From Micromonas sp. (Eukaryota): 32,000 bases of DNA. Shown piece after piece: positions 9,599-16,949 of this stretch (position 1 is the stretch's first letter; every line of letters starts with the position of its first letter). The stretch lies in assembly GCA_000090985.2 (NCBI GenBank), contig CP001330.1:1113874-1145873 (forward strand), given 5' to 3'. The notes below the pieces were generated by a model. It saw only the letters and a list, made by a program, of their open reading frames with translations, searched no databases and was not told where the DNA came from. A program made the translations under genes and the position numbers.

Positions 9599-11365
9599 AT
9601 GCATCGCCGGCGTCCGGCGCGGTCATGGGCGTTCCCGTCGACCCCGCGCGCCCCTTTGACGTGCGTAATCGCGCTGGTGCTGTTGACTGCGGGTCTAGCG
9701 GCCGAGGTTGACGGGGCGGATCTGGACGGCCCGCCGCGAGGTTGGGCGTCGTCCAAGGCTCTCGCTCAGCCCCCACCTCCTCCGCTTGACGACCTTCTCG
9801 ACGAGGCCAATCCCGCGAGCGCGTCGACGCCCGACCGCATCGTTCAGGGCCTCCGGCCGCCGTTCGACGCGTGGGATCCTCCGAGTTTGGGAACCCAGCC
9901 GCGTCGGACCCCGTCACCTCGAGCCCCTCGACACGCGCTGGACTCTCCCCCAATCGCCGACGCGTCCCAGCGCGATCGCGTCGAGGTGGGGCTGTCCCAA
10001 ATGTTCAAACCCCCTCCCCCCCCGGCCCGGTCCCCTCCACCGAACCGACCCGGTGAGTCACCGCCCCCGCCCCCGCCGCCGTCCGTCGTGAGACCGGGAG
10101 CGCCGAGGGATTGCCACGACATTGAGGCGCTGACACGGTCGTTAAAGTGCGAAAGGGGCGAGAACGGCAGGCTGTGCGCGTCCCTCCTCACCCGTTCGCT
10201 GCTGACGGGGTGCCACGACCTCGACGCGGTGGAACTTCTCGGACCGGCGATACGGAACGCGGCGAAGGAACTCGGGCTCATCGGAGACCCGCTGCCGCCG
10301 CCGCCGACGCCGCGCGTCCCTCCACCGCCGCCGGCACCGTCGTCGCCGCCGCCGTCGAGTCCTCCACCGCCGACGCCGCCGTCGCCGCACCCCCCGCCAC
10401 CCCCGTCGCCTCCACCGCCGGCACCGCCGCGCCCGAGCCCGCCGCCGTCGCCGCCGCCGCCCTGGTTCACGGAGCAGTGGGCGATCCTCACGCCAGGTGC
10501 GCCGCCGGGACCGCCGGCACCCGAGCTGAGGGTGCCCGCATCGCCGCCGATCGGGCCGCCGTCGTCGTCGCCGCCGGCGCCTTTACGAAAGGTCGCGAAC
10601 CCGACTCCGGCGCGACCCTCTCCGCCGCCGTGGTACGTTGAGCGGTGGAGCGAGCTGAGGAACCCTCCTCCTCCGTCGCCCCCGCCGACGCCTCCGACGC
10701 CGCCGACGCCCCCGGACCCGCCGCGTTCACCGCCTCCGCGCCCTCCCGCGCCTCCTTGGTACCTGGACCGGGTCGCGCTGCTCGATCGCGCGGCGGAATC
10801 GAACGGCGGCAGAGGAGTTATAGCGATGGCGGACGACTTTGTGGAGTTGACGGATGAGCAGGCGCTCGAGTGGTCCTCGGCGCTGGCGGCGCTGCAGGCC
10901 GCCGCCGAGACGGACGACGACGTCGTCGCCCAGGCTGGCGACAAGTCGGGGGGTGCCGTGAAACTCGCGCACCCTCCCAAATCCGCGCACCCTCCCAAAT
11001 CCGCGCACCCTCCCTTGGCGATTGAAAGCGGAGCAGTCCAAGGGGGTTATTGGCCCGCGCCCGGTTTCGCCGCGGCGCCGGGAACGACGACGTACGAGGA
11101 GGGCGCCGTCACCGCGTCCGCCGGGAGGGACGCGCTCGATCGTCTCCTCGGCGCGCTGAACTGGCGACGAGGCGACGGCGAGATCGGGGGTGGTGTGAAC
11201 GGCGAGGCGGCGAAGGCTAGCGCGAGTCGAGCGGCGCTCACCTACGGGTTCCCCAGCGGTTTCCTTTGGAGCGTCTATAGGGACCCGAGCATCGGGCCGT
11301 ACCTGGTGCAGACGTGGGGGCACATCCAGGCTGCGCTTGACCCGGGTGGGACGTACAGGCCGTGA
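9599..11365 (+). CDS. Secreted proline-rich (extensin/HRGP-like SPPPP) protein with a 4-Cys module and internal repeats
   Basis: True ATG at 9599. It has a signal-peptide-like N-terminus (RRRPARSW...LTCVIALVLLTAGLAA|EVDG) and long PPPPSPPPP tracts. A Cys module reads CHDIEALTRSLKCERGENGRLCASLLTRSLLTGCHD. There are three PPW[FY] modules and an AHPPKS tandem repeat. The opposite-strand Gly-rich ORF 9844..10998 is its shadow. Confidence 0.75.
   Translation: MHRRRPARSWAFPSTPRAPLTCVIALVLLTAGLAAEVDGADLDGPPRGWASSKALAQPPPPPLDDLLDEANPASASTPDRIVQGLRPPFDAWDPPSLGTQPRRTPSPRAPRHALDSPPIADASQRDRVEVGLSQMFKPPPPPARSPPPNRPGESPPPPPPPSVVRPGAPRDCHDIEALTRSLKCERGENGRLCASLLTRSLLTGCHDLDAVELLGPAIRNAAKELGLIGDPLPPPPTPRVPPPPPAPSSPPPSSPPPPTPPSPHPPPPPSPPPPAPPRPSPPPSPPPPWFTEQWAILTPGAPPGPPAPELRVPASPPIGPPSSSPPAPLRKVANPTPARPSPPPWYVERWSELRNPPPPSPPPTPPTPPTPPDPPRSPPPRPPAPPWYLDRVALLDRAAESNGGRGVIAMADDFVELTDEQALEWSSALAALQAAAETDDDVVAQAGDKSGGAVKLAHPPKSAHPPKSAHPPLAIESGAVQGGYWPAPGFAAAPGTTTYEEGAVTASAGRDALDRLLGALNWRRGDGEIGGGVNGEAAKASASRAALTYGFPSGFLWSVYRDPSIGPYLVQTWGHIQAALDPGGTYRP
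10967..11014 (+). repeat. 18-nt tandem repeat (gcgcaccctcccaaatcc), 2 full copies plus a 12-nt partial copy, encoding AHPPKS-AHPPKS-AHPP
   Basis: Read directly: copies at 10967..10984 and 10985..11002, with a partial copy at 11003..11014. Confidence 0.9.
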
Positions 11366-12445
11366 GTGCGACGTGGGACCGTGCGCGCGGGAGCGTGAGT
11401 AGCGACGCCGACGGGCGGGTCGGCGGAGATGTACAACAGCTATTTTTTTGCCACCTGTGTGCGTGACGAGCTGCAGGTGCAGGACGAAGCTCCGTCCCGA
11501 ACCGGCGGTGGAATCATCTTGGTTCGTTGAACCCTGGGATCTCCGCCTTTTTTTTCGACGGAGATCGCGAAACCGTCGTTTCCCAGTCTAAATTCCCGTT
11601 CAATTTCGGATACTCTGATTGGTCCGACCGTTTGGAAACTGTGACACTCTGGCAATTGGCGCCAAAAATCAACGTGGGTGCCCGCGGTTCAAACACTTCC
11701 GAGCGGCGCCTCGACGCGCGCGGTTGACGGCAGCGCGCCAGTCTTCCGACTTCGAGACGCCCTTGTAACGACACGCGAGTACCCTCGCGAACGTCGACGA
11801 GCCTTTACATCGCAAAGGTGAGCTCGCGCTTCTCTCGAACGCCCGTTCGCCGACCCACGCCTCTGCGCATTTTCCGGTCCACGCGAGGGGAAAAACCGGG
11901 GAGACGGGCGCGGGACGCGACGTCGGTATTCGCGCGTTTCCGAAGCGCGCGATCCGGGATCTCGCGCCCCGGACGCTGGACCTCATCGACGGGCTCCGCG
12001 CGCGTCTTTGAAGGCCCGTGCGGCGGTTCCGTGCGCGTCCGCGGGTCCTCCGCGCCCGGCGACCTTTTGCGCGGGAACCTCGTTCGGGGTGTTGCCGCGG
12101 TTTGGTCTTCTCTCCAGTTGGCCCAATTCTTCCGCAACGGGCGACGAGGCGACGAACGCTCCCCGGCGTCGACGCGATCGTCCCCTCGGCGGGGTACTCA
12201 CCGGATCGTGCTCGTGGTTGTACGTCGGATTCGATTCTTTCGCGCGATCCGGCGCCCGTGTCGTCGCATCCCCGCCGCCCGCGTCGCTTCCCCCCGCGAA
12301 GGGACGCGGGATATTTTCAGAGCCCCCAAAAAAAAAAGACGAGACGCGGTTCTGACGCAAAGATTATTCACTCTCCCCCGCGGCGCAGACAGCGGCGGCT
12401 CTCCTCCACCGCACCCACGAAACGGGGACGGGTTCCGACACGTAA

Positions 12446-14974
12446 ATGATGTTGGGCACGTCCCCCGCGCACGAGGCGCTCATCCACAGCGCCGTGAGTT
12501 CGAGCCGCGGCGTACCCACCGCCAAGCAATCGGTGAGCCCCACCGCGCACTCCGTCATGGACGTTCGCTCGGCGTCCCCAGGCGCGAGGACGGCGGGGTT
12601 CAGCGTGCTGTCGTCGTCACCGTCCGAGACTGGCAACGGTAACAGCATGATAACCCCGGGCTCGTCGTTCGGCGGCAGGGCGGCAGGGCAGGGCGGCCGA
12701 CGCAGGAGCGGCGACGGCGTGGCGCTGGCTCCCTCGCCGTCGCCCACCGTCACCGGGTTCGCGATGCCGTCCTCCGCGGAGAACAGCGTGGGGACGAGGA
12801 CGAGGATGACCCCGCTCGGGAGCAGGTCCATCTCCGCGGATTTCCCCGAGGAGACGGTCGTGGGTTTCGACACCGGATCCCTGCCCGGCGTGAGCGAGTT
12901 GGCTGCGGCGTCGCCTCCCATGTCCCCCGGCGGCCTCTCGAGGTCCATCTCCGCGCTCCGCGGCGAGCTCTCGTCGGTGAACGGTTTTAAAGGCGGGGTC
13001 GAACCCACCATCACCGTCCCCGTCGTGACCACCGCGCAGCGACCGACGATGCACGCCCGAGGACGCGCCGGTCTCTCCCCGGAGAAGCCCCCGATCCACC
13101 GCGCCGCCGGCGGGAGCGGCTTGCTCTCCGGCCGGCTGGAGGCGCTCACCGCCGACGAGGAGGCGATGCTCCTCGCCGCGCAGGCTCGCCACGACGCGTT
13201 TTCCTCTCCCGCGGTGGTGAGCGCGTTCAGGGTGGCTGCCGCCGCGCACCGCGGTCAGCTGCGCAAGAGCGGCGACAGCGTCCTCTCCGCTCAGGTTGGC
13301 ACGGCTCTCATCGTCGCCGAGCTCGGCATGGACAGCAAGGTTGTCGCGACGGCGCTCCTCCACGACGTCCTCGACGACACGCCGGTGACGGAGCGCGAGC
13401 TCAGGAACACGACGCCGGACTCCATCGTGACCATGGTGACCGGCGTGTCCAAGCTCTCGCTCGTGTCCCAGCTCCAGCGCTCCAGCGGCAGGTCCCTGGC
13501 GCGAGAGGAGCGCCTGAAGCTCCGCGCGCTGCTCGTCGCGATGACGGATGTGAGAGTCGTCATCGTCAAGCTCGCGGATAGGCTCCAGTGCCTCGAGACC
13601 ATCCACGCGCTCGGCGAGGACACCGCCACGCGAATCGCGCAGGAAACCCTCTCCATCTACGTCCCCCTCGCGTCGCGCCTCGGCATCTGGAGCCTCAAGA
13701 CGCGCCTCGAGGATGCGTGCTTCGCGTACCTGCACCCCGAGGCGCACGCGTCGCTGAGCGCCGAGCTCGCGCGGGACGAGCAAAAGGCGGCGGTGCAGCG
13801 CGCCGTCGAGGACATCACCTCCACGCTCGTCGCCGACGCGGGCATCTCCGACGTTCACGACATCTACGGCCGCGCCAAGAGCCTCTTTTCGGTGCACCGC
13901 AAGATGCTCCGCAAGGGGATCGCGCTCGGCGACGTGCACGACTTGAGGGCGGTTCGCGTCATCGTCGACTCGGAGGACGACTGCTACGCCGCCCTCGAGG
14001 CTATCCACGGCAAGTTCGCCCCGGTCCCGGGCAAGACCAAGGACTACGTGCGCAACGCCAAGGTGAACGGCTACCAGAGCCTGCACACCGTCGTCGTCGC
14101 CGCGGATGGAGCGCCGGTTGAGGTGCAGATTCGCACCGCCGAGATGCACCGCGCCGCTGAATCCGGCATGGCGGCGCACTGGAGGTACAAGGAGAGCGTC
14201 GTCAACCACAGGGCGATCGACGTGCAGGTGGCGTGGGCGAGGTTCATGCTCTCGTGGCAGGGGCAGCTCGTGGATGACAAGTGCAGAGCCGCGGGGGTTC
14301 GCATCGCCACCGCGATGGGCGCCGGCGGCGGATCCGTCGAGCTCGAGGCTCTCCAGCCGTGCGTCCCGTGCGAGTGCCCGTTCCCCGCGCACTGCGACGA
14401 CTGCCCGAACCACGAGGACGCCATCCTCTTCGGCGCGTGCGGCGCGTGCGGCGGCGCGGAGAGCTCCGTGTCTTCCCTCGTGAGCGCGGATTCCGCGAGC
14501 ATGTCCAAACAGCGCCGGCCCGCGTCGTCGCCGCTCGAGGTTTCGGCTCCCATCTTCGTCGTCGTCGTCGTCGACGGCGACATGGCCGTCGTCGAGCTCG
14601 CGAAGGGTGCGAGGCTCTCCGACGTGGACTTCGCGTCCGTGTGCGGGGACGAGCCGGGAGCCGTTCGGACGGCGGAGTTCACCGCCGTCGAGTCGATCGC
14701 CGTCAACCGCGAGAGCGTTCCGCCGGGGGCCGAGCCGGCTGTCACGCTCCGAATGGGCGACCTGGTGGAGGTTCGTCGCCGACGCCTCGGGGGCTCGCCG
14801 GAAGGGTCGCCGTCCACGGGTTCGAAGCTGAGCCACGCGGCGGCGGCGGCGATTGAGGAGCAGCGACGCAGGCTGAGCAGCACGCTTAAGATGGACGTGT
14901 CGTCCCTCGACGGCGGCGTCAGCAACGTCGTGCAGAGGCCCGCGGTTCATCAGCCCGAGGGATTCTTCCCTTGA
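12446..14974 (+). CDS. RSH: RelA/SpoT homolog, plant RSH2/RSH3-type (p)ppGpp synthetase/hydrolase, probably plastid-targeted
   Basis: An 842-aa ORF with ATG at 12446, preceded by an in-frame TAA. HD-domain region: AHRGQLRKSGDSVLSAQVGTA...LLHDVLDDT...VVIVKLADRLQCLETI. Synthetase region: GRAKSLFSVHRKMLRKG...DLRAVRVIVDSEDDCYAALEAIHGKFAPVPGKTKDYVRNAKVNGYQSLHTVVVAADGAPVEVQIRTAEMHRAAESGMAAHWRYKE. The C-terminal part matches Arabidopsis RSH2/3 as I recall it (VAWARFMLSWQG / CECPFPAHCDDCP / PIFVVVVVDGDMAVVEL / LRMGDLVEV). The N-terminal ~270 aa are Ser-rich with very high GC3, so they are coding. Confidence 0.9.
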   Translation: MMLGTSPAHEALIHSAVSSSRGVPTAKQSVSPTAHSVMDVRSASPGARTAGFSVLSSSPSETGNGNSMITPGSSFGGRAAGQGGRRRSGDGVALAPSPSPTVTGFAMPSSAENSVGTRTRMTPLGSRSISADFPEETVVGFDTGSLPGVSELAAASPPMSPGGLSRSISALRGELSSVNGFKGGVEPTITVPVVTTAQRPTMHARGRAGLSPEKPPIHRAAGGSGLLSGRLEALTADEEAMLLAAQARHDAFSSPAVVSAFRVAAAAHRGQLRKSGDSVLSAQVGTALIVAELGMDSKVVATALLHDVLDDTPVTERELRNTTPDSIVTMVTGVSKLSLVSQLQRSSGRSLAREERLKLRALLVAMTDVRVVIVKLADRLQCLETIHALGEDTATRIAQETLSIYVPLASRLGIWSLKTRLEDACFAYLHPEAHASLSAELARDEQKAAVQRAVEDITSTLVADAGISDVHDIYGRAKSLFSVHRKMLRKGIALGDVHDLRAVRVIVDSEDDCYAALEAIHGKFAPVPGKTKDYVRNAKVNGYQSLHTVVVAADGAPVEVQIRTAEMHRAAESGMAAHWRYKESVVNHRAIDVQVAWARFMLSWQGQLVDDKCRAAGVRIATAMGAGGGSVELEALQPCVPCECPFPAHCDDCPNHEDAILFGACGACGGAESSVSSLVSADSASMSKQRRPASSPLEVSAPIFVVVVVDGDMAVVELAKGARLSDVDFASVCGDEPGAVRTAEFTAVESIAVNRESVPPGAEPAVTLRMGDLVEVRRRRLGGSPEGSPSTGSKLSHAAAAAIEEQRRRLSSTLKMDVSSLDGGVSNVVQRPAVHQPEGFFP

Positions 14975-15173
14975 GAAGGAAGGCTGCCGAGTGTACTATC
15001 ATACCGTTGACTGTATTTGTAGGGTGCCCACGTCGATCGAGAACGACGACGACGAGACGCGGGCGACGCGGCACGTCTATTGACTTTTTGTAAACTACGA
15101 AAAAGAGCATTGTACCTTTAACTTGCTTTGAGCGACGGTCCCGACCAGATCTCCTCGCGGGCACGCGGACGCG

Positions 15174-16009
15174 ATGGACGCCCCGTTTTCTCCCGCGGCG
15201 TCGTCCCCCGCGGACGGCGGCGAACTTTTCGTTGACATGATGTCGCAGCCGAGCCGCGCGTGTTGCTTTTTCGTTCACCTGGCGCGCCTACCGTTGACCC
15301 GCCGTCAGGTCATACTCGGTCGGAAAGAGCAACTCTTGGATTCGTTTCCAAACCCGCTGAAGCAGGTTCCCTGCCTGGTGGAGCGCGACGGGTTCGTCTT
15401 GCCGGAGAGCTCGGCGATTCTCAAGTATCTCGCAGACCGTCACGCGGTGGCGGATCACTGGTACCCGCGTGAGCTTCGGGCGCGAGCGCGGGTCAACGCC
15501 GCGCTCGACTGGCAGCACTTCTCGCTGAGGAGGGGGGCGGCGGGCGTCACGTGGTTCTCCTTGATTGCGCGCAACATGGGCATGAAAACCGACCCGGGTA
15601 TGGCTCGAGCCATGCTGAATGTGCTGCGCGGCGCGTTGGGAAAACTCGAGAAGACGTGGTTGACGGACGAAGCGCCGTTCATGATGGGTTCGAGCCAGCC
15701 CTGCATCGCGGACCTGCTCGTCAGCGAGGTGTGTTTTTTTGTTAACAACGTCGACCCCGCCCGTGTTCCTAACCCCGCTTTGTCCACCCGCAGGAAATCT
15801 TCAACCTCACGCTCCTCGAGGCGATCGACGAGGACTTTGGGATGCCTCCCACGCTAGATGCGCTGCTCGGGGAGGATCACCCGAGGATCACCAGGTTCCT
15901 AGCCGCGTGTCAGGACCTGGACTGGACCGAGTGGAGGTCGATACACGGCATCCTGCACACCGCGCGGGACAAGATGGCGGCGAAGAAAAAGACGAGGTCG
16001 AGGATGTGA
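15174..16009 (+). CDS. GSTT: Glutathione S-transferase, theta class. Two exons: 15174..15728 and 15794..16009.
   Basis: ATG at 15174. The N-terminal domain, LFVDMMSQPSRACCFFVHLARLP...LKQVPCLVERDGFVLPESSAILKYLADRH, matches theta GSTs (LSQPCRAV...VP.L.DG.F.L.ES.AIL.YL). The ORF decays after ..CIADLLVSE. Donor GAG|GTGTGT at 15729 and acceptor CCGCAG|G ending at 15793 join in phase 0 to EIFNLTLLEAIDEDFGMPPTLDALLGEDHPRITRFLAACQDL...HGILHTARDKMAAKKKTRSRM*. The stop is TGA at 16007..16009. This tail resembles the plant GSTT1 C-terminus. Confidence 0.85.
15729..15793 (+). other. Spliceosomal intron of the GST gene (65 nt)
   Basis: GTGTGT donor, CCTAACC branch-like site 20 nt before the acceptor, CAG acceptor. 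Phase 0, and exon 2 stays in frame to the stop (16007-15794=213). Confidence 0.75.
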
Positions 16010-16326
16010 GCCGTCCTCAAACGCGCAGTCGGCGTCTCCTTGCGTCGCCGACGTCGTCCAGCACGTCTGCGCGCGTCTGCGTCGTCCGGCACGTTTGTAA
16101 CAAGAAACTAGACATTTATCCCAACTGCGTGAACGTCGACACGGGTTCCCCCTTTTCATTTCCTATTTCCGTCCACGGTCTGACTGCTCCCCTGTGCATT
16201 ATCCAAACGAGCACGACAGCGCCAGAGCAGCACGTTCGACTGACTGAGAACGAACCTCAGCCGCCCAAAGTCACTCTCCCGTCGCGCTCCCCCGAGCCGA
16301 AGCGAACACAAACCCGGGTGCACGGA

Positions 16327-16878
16327 ATGGCGTCTCTCGCCGCTTTCGCTCCCTCCCTCGCGGCCCTCAGGCCCAAGGCGGCCAAGACCTCCAAGGTCTC
16401 CAAGGCGGTGGTGGCCGAGAGGCGCACCGAGACTGTCGTCCCTGCGATTAGCACCAGGCGCGCGCTCCTGGGCGGCGCGGTGAGCGCGGCGATGACTCTC
16501 GCGATGTCCCCCGGCCCCGCGGCCGCGAAGGACGGCAAGAACGGCGTGTACTGGATCGAGCCGAAGGACGGCGCGACCGTGGCGCAGGAGTTCAAGGTGA
16601 AGATGGGCGTCATCGGATACGAGCTGGCGCCCGCGAGCGAGGGCCTGCAGGAGGGGACCGGCCACCACCACATCGTCGTGGACCAGGAGGGGGGATACGT
16701 CGACAAGGGAGTCGAGATTCCCTTCGACGCCACCCACCTGCACTTCGGTAAGGCGCAGAAGGAGGGCACGGTGAAGCTCGAGCCCGGGACGCACACCCTC
16801 ACGCTCCAGTTCGCCGACGCCAAGCACCGATCTTTCGGGAAGAAATTTGCTAAAACCATCACCGTGAACGTCGAGTGA
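16327..16878 (+). CDS. DUF4399-family protein with a bipartite plastid/thylakoid-lumen (twin-arginine) presequence
   Basis: The track ORF 15739..16878 is an over-extension. The real ATG is at 16327 (MASLAAFAPSLAALRPKAAK...). A Tat-like motif, STRRALLGGAVSAAMTLAMSPGPAAA|KD, follows. The mature domain is GVYWIEPKDGATV...FKVKMGVIGYELAPAS...TGHHHIVVD...IPFDATHLHFGKAQKEGTVKLEPGTHTLTLQFADAKHRSF, which matches the bacterial/cyanobacterial DUF4399 pattern as I recall it. Confidence 0.8.
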   Translation: MASLAAFAPSLAALRPKAAKTSKVSKAVVAERRTETVVPAISTRRALLGGAVSAAMTLAMSPGPAAAKDGKNGVYWIEPKDGATVAQEFKVKMGVIGYELAPASEGLQEGTGHHHIVVDQEGGYVDKGVEIPFDATHLHFGKAQKEGTVKLEPGTHTLTLQFADAKHRSFGKKFAKTITVNVE

Positions 16879-16949
16879 GGGACATACTATCCTCGTTAAT
16901 ATGATATCAGTTATTAAGGTTTACCATCACGCGTGCATCTCCTCGTAGA

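Noticed and set aside
11538-11566. A hairpin with a T8 loop that resembles a bacterial rho-independent terminator or a U5-like loop
   Set aside because: The context is eukaryotic nuclear DNA. The T-run is in the loop rather than trailing the stem. No Sm site or other snRNA hallmarks are nearby. I kept it only as a landmark inside the gene-free-interval finding.
11675-11710. GGTTCAAAC, a T-loop-like motif suggesting a second (possibly permuted) tRNA
   Set aside because: I could not build a complementary T stem, acceptor stem or anticodon arm around it by eye. A covariance-model scan would be needed to revive this.
12328-12337. An A10 run, unusual in GC-rich DNA, as a possible poly(A) tail of a retroposed sequence
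   Set aside because: I could see no flanking target-site duplication, no upstream ORF or recognisable retroposed gene, and no SINE/LINE features.
11818-12642. A 274-aa Arg-rich ORF and several 60-125-aa ORFs filling the 11366..12445 gap
   Set aside because: The composition (R/G/P/S-rich) is typical of random frames in GC-rich DNA. No motif is recognisable. Those whose first codon I read (11440..11655, 11818..12642) begin on TTG or GTG rather than ATG. 11818..12642 runs out of frame into the RSH CDS.
12617-14950. Very long antisense ORFs opposite real genes. Examples: 777 aa opposite RSH, 22931..24796 (621 aa) opposite LRRC40, 6244..7662 (472 aa) opposite TTLL, 9844..10998 (384 aa, Gly-rich) opposite the Pro-rich gene, and 1022..1819, 1448..2329, 16156..16827, 16257..16862 and 17374..18264.
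   Set aside because: Their products are low-complexity Arg/Gly/Ser/Pro strings with no recognisable motifs. They sit in the antisense frame that shares the wobble position with a gene whose GC3 is very high, which suppresses stop codons. The sense-strand proteins have clear family signatures.
15089-15093. TGTAA, the Chlamydomonas-type polyadenylation signal, 115 nt downstream of the RSH stop
   Set aside because: The other 3' regions in the window (after 8537, 11365, 16878, 21463, 26301, 31311) lack a TGTAA. A single occurrence cannot be called a signal for this genome.
15739-16326. The N-terminal 196 codons of track ORF 15739..16878, and other over-extended track starts (9504, 19264, 21087, 22820, 24862, 20846, 2833, 2364)
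   Set aside because: I checked the first codon of each: TTG at 9504, 21087 and 22820, and GTG at 19264, 24862, 2833 and 2364. The track evidently allows alternative starts and prints them as M. For 15739 and 20846 I did not read the first codon. I rejected those because the extension overlaps another gene's exon or is Arg/Pro-rich, and a downstream ATG starts a sensible targeting peptide or mature protein.
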